In this document: positions 17,510 to 26,171 of the stretch, in pieces
Layout of the letters: each line of letters starts with the position of its first letter
Position numbering within the stretch: position 1 is the stretch's first letter
Assembly: GCF_000179635.2 (NCBI RefSeq)
Contig: NC_014833.1
Coordinates: 2,580,001-2,612,000 of the forward strand
Origin: Ruminococcus albus 7 = DSM 20455
Lineage (GTDB): Bacteria > Bacillota > Clostridia > Oscillospirales > Ruminococcaceae
Length of the DNA stretch: 32,000 nt
Reading direction: 5' to 3'
Position numbers and translations under genes: made by a program
The notes under the pieces: model-generated
The model's database searches: none
What the model was told of the DNA's origin: nothing
The model's input: the letters and a program-made list of their open reading frames with translations, nothing else

Positions 17510-19296
17510 CGCAACCAAAGACAATCCAACATAAAAAAAGGTTTGGACAGTTTTTTTCTGGAAAGACGGTAGCAGATATGCTCTTCTCTTTACTTCCTCA
17601 AGGCTACAAATGGTCAAGTGTTGTCGACCCAATGGTTGGAATCGGTGATATGTTAGTTGCTGTTCAAGAGAATACCAAAGACTGTCCAACAATGCTTGGA
17701 ATTGAGATTGATAAGGTAGTAGCCAAGAAATGCGCTGAGCGAGTTCCGAATGCGAGTATTCTTTGCTGTGATGCGTTCAAAAATGATAATGTCGTCACAT
17801 CAAATGGGTTTGATCTTGTCATTACGAATCCTCCTTATGTTAGGTATCAATTGCAATACGATGACAAGGTAATGCCATCGGCACGTGAAATACGAGAAAA
17901 CCTAATTCGTCAGATTCAACGGATTCCTTATCTCTCTGAAAAAGAACGATTTCTATTTCTACAGCTCGCAAAAAACTATTCCGGATTGTCTGATATGGCA
18001 GTTCCGGCATGGCTGCTATGTGCAGCCTTGGTAAAAAAGAATGGCTATTTAGCTATGGTTGTACCAGAAACTTGGCTAAATCGTGATTATGCTTCGCCTA
18101 TACAATATTTGCTTTTAAAATGCTTCAGAATAGAAACTATTGCAATCGATAAGAACGCAAGCTGGTTTCCAGAAGCACTGGTCAAGACTTGTCTTGTTGT
18201 TGCTAAGCGAGTTGAAATACAGCCGCTACATGAAACAGAAAAACTTATTACTCGGATCATAGAAAACAAGAGGATTTATAAACAGCCAACAACTACGCTT
18301 TTCTACTATCTCAAAGGAGCAAAGGAAGCAAACAAGTGGTGCTTGTCGGAAGATGCAACTTTTTTCTCCAAGCGCTTGGAATTACCGCATGATCTTGCGG
18401 AGATCCTCAAAAGAACCGAGCCTGTTGAATTTATGACCCTTGCAGAAATGGGTATTGAATGTGGTCAGGGCCTTAGGACAGGAGCTAATGATTTTTTTTA
18501 TATCAAAATCAAAAAGGCTGAAAGAAAAACGATTAGGATTCATAGCAGGGTATGGGATCACGGGGGGAGAGATTATACTTTCCTAAAAGACGATATCATC
18601 CCTGCATTGCAGAACAGGGGAGAAATCAAAGGATTGGTTGTTACTCCAGGTAAGCTCAAAACAGGTGTTATTTATCCGCAGAGCGAAGTCAAGGGAGACT
18701 TGCAGAATTATATAGGCTCGGCAGAGAAATACATCGATACAAAGGGACGACGGTTCAAGGATTATAGTGCTGTTGTACCAAACGAAAAGAAAGATGGAGA
18801 TAGAATTGTCCGCGAGTGGTTCCGACTCCCGAAAATGGCAAATCGTCACCTTCCGAATCTTTGCATTACAAGAGTCTCGGCAGGAATTCCCGAGTGTTTG
18901 TTTGTTGAGCAAAATGAAAGTGAACCAATTGCAATTGACGCAAATATGGTAACAATCTGGGGGCATGATTCTCAGATGGTTTGGGGTGTTTTCGCATTGC
19001 TAAATTCAACATGGAGTAAACTATCACTTGAACTAATCTGCACCGTTATGGGTGGTGGTGCGCTAAAAGTCGAAACGAGTCATGTAAAGAAGCTTCTTGT
19101 TCCAAAGCTCAACTATGACCAGCTAAATAGATTAGGAAATATTGGTAAGGAATTGTTTAACCAAGAATGCATGACTGAAGGAATTCAAGATAAAATTGAT
19201 AATATTATCGCTTCTGCTTTGGGTGCAAAAGAAATAACGTCCAAAATGCGGAGCCTTTTGGAGCGGAAATATCAAGAAAGGAGCACACGATCGTGA
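17506..19296 (+). CDS. gamma-class N6-adenine DNA methyltransferase (Eco57I-type)
   Basis: Motif I VVDPMVGIGDMLVAV and motif IV DLVITNPPYVRYQ, followed by an ~300-aa C-terminal target-recognition-like region. ATGA overlap with the upstream gene; GGGAGG RBS. Confidence 0.85.
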   Translation: MTQPKTIQHKKRFGQFFSGKTVADMLFSLLPQGYKWSSVVDPMVGIGDMLVAVQENTKDCPTMLGIEIDKVVAKKCAERVPNASILCCDAFKNDNVVTSNGFDLVITNPPYVRYQLQYDDKVMPSAREIRENLIRQIQRIPYLSEKERFLFLQLAKNYSGLSDMAVPAWLLCAALVKKNGYLAMVVPETWLNRDYASPIQYLLLKCFRIETIAIDKNASWFPEALVKTCLVVAKRVEIQPLHETEKLITRIIENKRIYKQPTTTLFYYLKGAKEANKWCLSEDATFFSKRLELPHDLAEILKRTEPVEFMTLAEMGIECGQGLRTGANDFFYIKIKKAERKTIRIHSRVWDHGGRDYTFLKDDIIPALQNRGEIKGLVVTPGKLKTGVIYPQSEVKGDLQNYIGSAEKYIDTKGRRFKDYSAVVPNEKKDGDRIVREWFRLPKMANRHLPNLCITRVSAGIPECLFVEQNESEPIAIDANMVTIWGHDSQMVWGVFALLNSTWSKLSLELICTVMGGGALKVETSHVKKLLVPKLNYDQLNRLGNIGKELFNQECMTEGIQDKIDNIIASALGAKEITSKMRSLLERKYQERSTRS

Positions 19297-22200
19297 ATAG
19301 AAATCAACTTAGAGACTATGCAATACAAGCGCAAGCTATGATTGATTCAGGTGCTGTTGAAGACAAAATTCGCCACTACTTCTCTTCTAGATTGTTGAGT
19401 ATTTTTCCAGATTATCCTTGGTGGGTTCAAGCACATATGCAAGGAACGGAGGAACACGTTCATTTTTCTACAGCGGGTAGCAATCGTGAGGGGTTTGTTG
19501 ACGCTGTGGTTGGAAAAACTGCCATTGAATATGAGAAGAATTTGATGATTCAAAGCATATTTGAGGAAGGCTATCATCAGGTCAAAGAGTATTCAGCTGC
19601 GCTTTGCAATATTGGTATACCCGAAACTGAAGTTTTAGGAGTGCTGTCAGATACAGTCAGATGGTACGGATTTAAAGTAAGAGTTATTGGAGAACAGACA
19701 GAGGGGATTTTGCTCGGCCCAGATGATGTAGAACTTGAAAGAATAATGTTCGTTGATCTTTCAATTGAAACTGACGAAGAATATTCTCGATTCGAACAGT
19801 TTATAGCTCAGTTCATGGCGCGAGAAGAATCGCGTATTCTAAACGCTAAGACACTTGTAATGGATTTTGGTGTTGATAGTAACTTCTACAGATCATTTAT
19901 CGGAGCATTTTCTGAAGCAACTAATACAGCAATGGCAGAAAAGCCAGATTATGCAGAACTAATCAAACAGGTGTGGCAAAACTTTATCGCATATCTCGGT
20001 GTATCAGATTATGGCTCATTTTCAACAGAAACATACGTGAGCGAGTTTTATCTTGTGACAGTTGCAAAAATACTCTGCGCCAATATACTTGCGGGTAGAG
20101 CAATCATAAGCTCAGACGACGAGATCAAGGCGATACTTAATGGCGAACACTTCTCAAGGCAAAACATATATAATTTCGTTGATTACGATTATTTTGGATG
20201 GCTTAATAGAAGCCCATATGTTGATATTATCATTCCTAGCGTCAGGGAGATGCAAAATCGGCTCAAAGCTTATGATTTTTCTCGGCTTGGAGATGAGGAT
20301 ATATTTGGAAGACTTCTCGCTCAGCTTGCCAACAAGGAGCATCGGCTTATGCTGGGACAGGAGTTCACACCGCATTGGATTGCCAGGGATATTGTTAAGT
20401 ATAACATAAATAAGATTGGAGACGAGGTTCCACACATAATGGATATGTGCTGTGGATCAGGAGTGTTCCTGATTGAATCGATTAATGCTGTACGAGAGAA
20501 ATATTCAATCTCTTCGGATAAATACGATGCTAAGAAGGATGCTATCATTTTTTCTGCTGTGATGGGGTTTGATATTGATCCATTGGCAGTAATGCTTGCA
20601 AAGGTCAATTGGATTATGACAATGAGGGATTTGTTCCCTTTACATTCGGGAAGTATTACAGTTCCGATTTATCATGCTGATTCCCTATTTGTTGCTACGC
20701 CGATTACACATAAAATGCCAACGCAGGATGAGGATTATTATATCATTACACTTAATCATCAACAAATCAGAGTACCTGCATTCCTGTTTTCTACGATGTA
20801 CAGAAAGGTGTTTGACTCTTTTATATCGAAAGTCTATAGGGTAGCAATGGCGAGAGCGAAACAAGCAGAAGATACAATAGATGCATTTGATGCTGAATCG
20901 CTAATCAACGCCGTAGAACGCGAAGGTGAGATTGAACTTGGAAAGCATAGGAAAGCTGAGCTTTCTTTGACGGCAAATCAAATGGTTTTTCAACTTGAAA
21001 GTCTCCAGCGTCATGGACAAAATGGTATCTGGCACTTTATTATCAGCAACAGTTATAGACCGGGGCTTACAGAAAAGCAGTTTAATTGCATCGTTTCTAA
21101 TCCTCCTTGGATGGCAATGAGCAAGCTGGCAGATAATCCTTATAAGAATGCACTTCATGAGATTGCAGAAAAGTATTCGATTCAGCCTAAAGGTGCTGCA
21201 CATCCGCACATGGAGCTTGCTACGATTTTTTTAGTCAGTTCCATTGACCGTTATCTTCATGACGGAGCATGCTGGAGTTATGTCATGCCTGCAAGTCTGA
21301 TGAGCGGACTTAATCACGAACCGTTTAGGAAAGAAAAGTTCATAACTTCGGACGCCGAATTAGAAGCGAAAGTCGAGGCAATTTGGGAACTTCCAGTTGA
21401 TATGTTTAAAAACAAAGCAGTAGTGCTTTCTGGTAAAAAAACTACTCAGGTGCCAGAGACAATCGACGGGCGCGTTTATGAAGCAATGAATAATTATAAA
21501 GACTGTATATATACACTCAATCGTCAAGGAAACCGTAGTGCTTGGACAAATAGAGGTAGCACTGTTGATGTTGCTGATGTAATTGCTAGTGATAGGCTCA
21601 GTTTTTTACAAGGATGTGACATGTTTCCTAGAACAGCGCTGTTCCATCAATTTGTTCCCAGACCGAACGGAAACTGGGATATTCGACCGATTGACCGCAC
21701 TGGTGATTTATGGTATCTCGTTAGTGATAGCAAGAAGAATATCTGCAATGACCTTATTTCAGAGGATTTTGATAACGAGTTTATTTATGATACGTTTATT
21801 TCTAAGCACTTATCTCCATTCATTATGGCTGAGCCAGCAAAAGGATTAATTCCTGGGCGTAAGGTGGATGGAGTTTGGAAACCACTATATGCAGAGGATT
21901 TAGCGCTTTTAAACGCTGGAACGGAATATGTTTTCCAGCAGATTTCAGATGCGATCAAGCAAAACCTAGTTCAATTTCTTAACGAAACAATAAATATTTA
22001 TGGTAAACTATATAGGCAGAATTTTTCAATGAAAAATTATCTGGTACTTTCAAGTGCGAGCGGATCGAATCCGTGCGCAGCATACCTAGACCTTAGAAAT
22101 CTCAACAGAAACAGGCTCGTGATTGATCAAACACTATATTGGTATCTTGCTGAAACAGAAGACGAAGCAATCTATATTTCTGGACTTCTTAACAGTTCTG

Positions 22201-22505
22201 CACTATGGGATGCCATATCAGATTTCCAACCAGAAGGAGGTTTTGGTAAGCGTCACATACACACTCTGCCATATAAGATTATTCCGTCATTCGATTCAGA
22301 AAACGATGTACATATAAAAGTAGTTGATGCTACAAAAAATTTGATACATGAATGGCAAACAGTTTGCATGAACGATATATATCGGAATCTTATCAAGCCA
22401 AATGGAGGTACGCTTTCCAGCAGACGTAAAAAACAGCAGAGCAAGATACGTGAGCTTACTTCATATGAAATATATGCAACGGCTTGTATGGAATTATTAA
22501 GATGA
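19293..22505 (+). CDS. 1070-aa MmeI/PglX-like protein: N-terminal PD-(D/E)xK-like region, helical spacer, N6-adenine methyltransferase, then TRD
   Basis: GTG start with GTGA overlap, AAAGGAG 9 nt upstream. Contains GFVDAVVGKTAIEYEKNL (aa 67-84), QEFTPHWIA, motif I MDMCCGSGVFLIES and motif IV CIVSNPPWMAMS. Confidence 0.8.
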   Translation: MNRNQLRDYAIQAQAMIDSGAVEDKIRHYFSSRLLSIFPDYPWWVQAHMQGTEEHVHFSTAGSNREGFVDAVVGKTAIEYEKNLMIQSIFEEGYHQVKEYSAALCNIGIPETEVLGVLSDTVRWYGFKVRVIGEQTEGILLGPDDVELERIMFVDLSIETDEEYSRFEQFIAQFMAREESRILNAKTLVMDFGVDSNFYRSFIGAFSEATNTAMAEKPDYAELIKQVWQNFIAYLGVSDYGSFSTETYVSEFYLVTVAKILCANILAGRAIISSDDEIKAILNGEHFSRQNIYNFVDYDYFGWLNRSPYVDIIIPSVREMQNRLKAYDFSRLGDEDIFGRLLAQLANKEHRLMLGQEFTPHWIARDIVKYNINKIGDEVPHIMDMCCGSGVFLIESINAVREKYSISSDKYDAKKDAIIFSAVMGFDIDPLAVMLAKVNWIMTMRDLFPLHSGSITVPIYHADSLFVATPITHKMPTQDEDYYIITLNHQQIRVPAFLFSTMYRKVFDSFISKVYRVAMARAKQAEDTIDAFDAESLINAVEREGEIELGKHRKAELSLTANQMVFQLESLQRHGQNGIWHFIISNSYRPGLTEKQFNCIVSNPPWMAMSKLADNPYKNALHEIAEKYSIQPKGAAHPHMELATIFLVSSIDRYLHDGACWSYVMPASLMSGLNHEPFRKEKFITSDAELEAKVEAIWELPVDMFKNKAVVLSGKKTTQVPETIDGRVYEAMNNYKDCIYTLNRQGNRSAWTNRGSTVDVADVIASDRLSFLQGCDMFPRTALFHQFVPRPNGNWDIRPIDRTGDLWYLVSDSKKNICNDLISEDFDNEFIYDTFISKHLSPFIMAEPAKGLIPGRKVDGVWKPLYAEDLALLNAGTEYVFQQISDAIKQNLVQFLNETINIYGKLYRQNFSMKNYLVLSSASGSNPCAAYLDLRNLNRNRLVIDQTLYWYLAETEDEAIYISGLLNSSALWDAISDFQPEGGFGKRHIHTLPYKIIPSFDSENDVHIKVVDATKNLIHEWQTVCMNDIYRNLIKPNGGTLSSRRKKQQSKIRELTSYEIYATACMELLR

Positions 22506-22712
22506 ATATGTAACAACACGTTTTATTTTTGAATTAATAAATCTATTAGAAGAATCAAACCATATGTTAAAAACAAACTCGATTCTTGCTGTATCGAAGT
22601 TGGTTTTCTTTTCATGTTATCGTTATTCACTATTGCTTTCAATTCGAGCAATATGGAACGAGCGGGACGAGTTATATTGCCATGTGAAGAGTAAAAGAAA
22701 AGGATCTGCGGA

Positions 22713-22741
22713 TTGACTTTTGCATGAGTGTCTGGTATATT
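22713..22741 (+). promoter_or_regulatory. sigma70-type promoter for the PHP-ATPase module
   Basis: TTGACT (22713-22718), 17 nt, TATATT (22736-22741) with TGn extended -10. Confidence 0.5.
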
Positions 22742-22884
22742 ATAAATTAGGTTTTGTTATCATTTTTTCTGCCTATTACTATGCTATCATTTATGCAAAA
22801 CAGGAACTAGATAAGTGGAAAGATATGAAATTAATTTCTATTACAATAGCTGTTTGTATAATTGTCAAGAGAGGTGAACTTGCT

Positions 22885-24924
22885 TTGAAAAAGTTAGATC
22901 TTCATATACATACCAAAAAATCAGTAAGTGATCATCCATTTGAATTCTCAATTGACAAGTTGAAAGAATACGTCACTCAAATGGGAATTGATGGAATCGC
23001 TATTACTAACCATAACCTATTTGATAAAGATCAATTCTTTGCAATTCAAAATGAATTAAATGGAGTTTGTGTTGTATTGCCTGGTATTGAAATTGATTTA
23101 GGCATTAAGTCAGATGGCCATATCATCTGCATTACTACACAAGATGACATCGATGATTTTTCTCAAAAATGTGATAAGATAAATGCCTTAATAAAAGAGC
23201 AAAGCGACTTTGTAAAGTATGATGATTTTAAGTTGATATTTACTGATTTAGGTAAATATCTATGGATTCCGCATTATGACAAAGATCCCATTCTAGACAA
23301 AGAAATAATCAAAGATATGGGAGAAAATATAAAATGCGGCGAAGTCGGAAGTGTAAAGAAATTTATATACAATCAAAACAATCCTGAATGTCTCATACCT
23401 GTTTACTTTAGCGATACTCGTTTTACGGCCGATTTGCCCAAACTTCCTTTAAGGCAAACCTATTTTGATATCGATGAAATAAATGTTGCTACGATTAAGC
23501 GCTCTCTTTTGAGTCGCACTCATGTTTCTTTGACGGAGGAAGAAGGTCATAGCCTTTTCTATGTATTGCCAGATCTAAAAATATCTACTGGATTAAATGT
23601 TATCGTTGGTGGTAGATCGTCTGGAAAAACTTACACACTAAATGAGATTTCCAAAGCCAATGATAATGTTAAATACCTAAAGCAATTTTCGCTAATTGAA
23701 CAGGATCCAGAAACATCAGCAAAAATATTTGCAGACAAAATTGCAAATAAAAGAAATAGTTTTGCTGAAGAATACTTCGATCTTTTTAAAGAGGCCGTCT
23801 CATCAGTAAAAAACATCTCTATTAAGGATGACGAAGCAAAAATCGAACAATACATAACCAGCCTTGTAAAATGCGCTAAAGAAACTGATAGGGTTGATAT
23901 GTTTTCAAAGTGTGCCTTATATAACGAAGAAACATTTCCCAAAAGAAAACTTGAAGGCTTAGAGAAGTTAATATCAGCCACTGAAACACTACTTGGAGCA
24001 AGAGAGTATAGAGAGCTTATTGATAAGCATATCCCCTACAGCTCTCTTGTTTCGTTGTTGCATGATTTAGTGTATAAATATCGTCAAGAGAAAGAACTCT
24101 CACTAAAAGAAAAATGGGTTGGAGATTTAGTCAAAGACGTTAAACGCGCACTTAAAACACGTAGCGCAACAACTGAAATATCGGAAGTTGATTTTTATGA
24201 ATGTCAGCTTAATAGAAAGAGAGTGCAAAAGTTTAACAAGTTAGCAAAGCTTGTTAAGCAAGAGGAAATAATTAGCAATCAAGAAATTGAAAATTTTAAT
24301 GTTCAAGCTAAGAAAAGAGCTTTTAAAAATGCTCAGGAACTTAAGGATTTTAGTGGGCGTAGGAATATTAGGTTTTCTGATGTTATTGATCTTTACGATA
24401 ACAATCCGCAAGAGTATCTTCTGGCATTAAAAGAGATGGAGAACATTCCCGATTCGGATTATTATAAATATTTTGCTTATATCGAATATGCCGTTTTGAA
24501 TCAATATGGTTTTGAAGTATCTGGCGGCGAACGTGCGGAGTTTAATTTACTTCAAGAAATAAATGATGCATATAGATATGATTTATTACTTATTGATGAG
24601 CCAGAATCATCTTTTGACAATATTTTCTTAAAAGAAAAGGTGAATCATATTATCAAAGAACTTTCTAAGACTATGCCCGTAATATTAGTTACTCATAATA
24701 ACACGGTTGGTGCCTCAATAAAACCTGATTACCTAATACATACTAAGCGAATTATCGGAAAAGATATACGTCATGAAAGATACTGTGGTCTGCCAAGTAG
24801 TAAAAATCTAATATCCAATTCTGGTGAATCAATAAAAAATATCGATGTGATGATGGATTGTTTAGAGGCAGGACAAGCTACATACGATGAAAGGAGAAAC
24901 GATTATGAACTACTTAAAAATTAG
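22885..24924 (+). CDS. PHP-domain phosphoesterase fused to an SMC/ABC-type ATPase with a coiled-coil insert
   Basis: TTG start 8 nt after GAGGTG. An in-frame ATG at 22825 would add a hydrophobic N-terminal segment. PHP motifs: LDLHIHT, ITNHN, GIEID, IPHYD. ATPase motifs: Walker A GGRSSGKT, signature VSGGERAEF, Walker B LLLIDEPESSFD and LVTHNN. Confidence 0.8.
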   Translation: MKKLDLHIHTKKSVSDHPFEFSIDKLKEYVTQMGIDGIAITNHNLFDKDQFFAIQNELNGVCVVLPGIEIDLGIKSDGHIICITTQDDIDDFSQKCDKINALIKEQSDFVKYDDFKLIFTDLGKYLWIPHYDKDPILDKEIIKDMGENIKCGEVGSVKKFIYNQNNPECLIPVYFSDTRFTADLPKLPLRQTYFDIDEINVATIKRSLLSRTHVSLTEEEGHSLFYVLPDLKISTGLNVIVGGRSSGKTYTLNEISKANDNVKYLKQFSLIEQDPETSAKIFADKIANKRNSFAEEYFDLFKEAVSSVKNISIKDDEAKIEQYITSLVKCAKETDRVDMFSKCALYNEETFPKRKLEGLEKLISATETLLGAREYRELIDKHIPYSSLVSLLHDLVYKYRQEKELSLKEKWVGDLVKDVKRALKTRSATTEISEVDFYECQLNRKRVQKFNKLAKLVKQEEIISNQEIENFNVQAKKRAFKNAQELKDFSGRRNIRFSDVIDLYDNNPQEYLLALKEMENIPDSDYYKYFAYIEYAVLNQYGFEVSGGERAEFNLLQEINDAYRYDLLLIDEPESSFDNIFLKEKVNHIIKELSKTMPVILVTHNNTVGASIKPDYLIHTKRIIGKDIRHERYCGLPSSKNLISNSGESIKNIDVMMDCLEAGQATYDERRNDYELLKN

Positions 24925-25312
24925 TAATGGAAAGGGTTCCTTTAGAAATAAAGACGGCGAATATAAGGAAATAGATACTATCACTAAGGAAGATATACTT
25001 TATTTACTTGACGAGGCGACGGATTCAACAAGCAATTTTGAAATGGATGAGATTACGGACGATTCTATTAAAAACGAAGCACATAAAATTATTTATAAAA
25101 GTATTTACTCAAAATTCTCTAATCTATTAAATAACAAAAAGCAATTTCTAGACGAGTGTGATGGGCTCTACAAAGATGCACTTCAAAAATACAAACCAAA
25201 AGAAGAAGTTATGACAAGCAACGGCAGTAGTTCAGATAATATCGCTCAAGTCGATGTATCATCATTCAAAAGTAAGCGTATAACCCCCAGCACCTACCCC
25301 ACCGAAGTCTAA
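24905..25312 (+). CDS. small acidic hypothetical protein overlapping the PHP-ATPase gene by 20 nt; native C-terminus displaced by the IS66 insertion
   Basis: ATG at 24905 after AAAGGAGA. The last 13 codons are read from the IS66 left end. The reconstructed native end is ...SSFKMK, with the stop at 28289-28291. Confidence 0.5.
   Translation: MNYLKISNGKGSFRNKDGEYKEIDTITKEDILYLLDEATDSTSNFEMDEITDDSIKNEAHKIIYKSIYSKFSNLLNNKKQFLDECDGLYKDALQKYKPKEEVMTSNGSSSDNIAQVDVSSFKSKRITPSTYPTEV
25264..25271. repeat. IS66 target-site duplication, left copy (ATTCAAAA)
   Basis: Identical 8-mer directly abutting both IRs. Confidence 0.85.
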
Positions 25313-25412
25313 TAAAGTATAATAAACTCCAAGGAACACCATGAAGTAAATTGAATAATCCAAATTGATCCATGGAGTTCATTGGAGACGATTAGACAAG
25401 GAGGTAACAGGT

Positions 25413-25730
25413 ATGGACAAAACAACATCCATCACAACAATCAAAAAAGAAATGCAGCTTCAGGAATGGTCTGCGCAGATCAAAGCACAGCAGGCAAGCG
25501 GTCTGACGATCCGGGAATGGTGCAAAGAAAAAGGGATCAAGCCAAACACGTATTACAACCGCCTAAGAAAAGTTCGTGAAAAGTATATCGAAAATTCTCC
25601 GACCATCGTTCCTGTATCAGTTCCTTGCTCAAACGAAAATATCCGCATTGAGAAAAACGGACTTCAAATATCTCTTCCGGCAGATATATCTGCGGACACT
25701 CTGACCGCTTTGGTGCATGAGCTATGCTGA
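25413..25730 (+). CDS. tnpA: IS66 accessory protein TnpA (orf1)
   Basis: MDKTTSITTIKKEMQLQEWSAQIKAQQASGLTIREWCKEKGIKPNTYYNRLRKV (HTH). AAGGAGG RBS present. Confidence 0.8.
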   Translation: MDKTTSITTIKKEMQLQEWSAQIKAQQASGLTIREWCKEKGIKPNTYYNRLRKVREKYIENSPTIVPVSVPCSNENIRIEKNGLQISLPADISADTLTALVHELC

Positions 25731-26079
25731 ATGATCTGGCAGCGGACGCACAGGTCTATCTTGTTACGGGATACACCGACCTTCGACGCGGGATAGACGG
25801 ACTTGCGACTATCGTTCAGGCTCAGCTTCGACTTGACCCGTTCTCGAAAGCATTGTTTTGTTCTGCGGCAGACGTTGTGACCGCATCAAAGGTCTGCTGT
25901 GGGAGGGCGATGGTTTTCTGCTGTTGTACAAGCGCCTTGACAACGGAAGATTCCAGTGGCCGCGCAGTGAGACCGAAGCAGTAATGCTCACATCTCAGCA
26001 AATTCGCTGGCTTCTGGAAGGCTTGAAAATAGAGCAGCCGAAGGCTATCCGTGAGGGAAAGCCGGGGGCGCTGTATTAA
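25724..26079 (+). pseudogene. tnpB: IS66 TnpB (orf2), frameshifted
   Basis: VYLVTGYTDLRRGIDGLA...SKALF is in one frame and FCGRRCDRIKGLLWEGDGFLLLYKRLDNGRFQWP is in the next. The shift lies in a T-run near 25853-25858. Confidence 0.8.
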
Positions 26080-26171
26080 GGCAATACTTACCGAATATTC
26101 AGAATATGTGCTTGAAAAGCCCCTCTTTTCGTGGTATCATTAAAGTATCATCACGAACGGAGGGGTGCTTT

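Noticed and set aside
18492-18499. T8 homopolymer inside the 596-aa methyltransferase gene as a phase-variation switch
   Set aside because: Eight residues in AT-rich DNA is short for slipped-strand switching, and the frame is currently intact. There is no evidence of variability from a single sequence.
22564-22716. 50-aa ORF (MLKTNSILAVSKLVFFSCYRYSLLL...) in the gap between the methylase operon and the PHP-ATPase
   Set aside because: It has no Shine-Dalgarno sequence, it ends inside the -35 of the downstream promoter, and such an ORF is expected by chance in AT-rich DNA. It would be worth re-examining only if ribosome-profiling data exist.
15483-25312. Classification as BREX or DISARM
   Set aside because: A PglX-like methylase is present, but there is no PglZ, BrxC/PglY, BrxL, BrxA/B, DrmA/B helicase-DUF1998 or PLD gene anywhere in the window.
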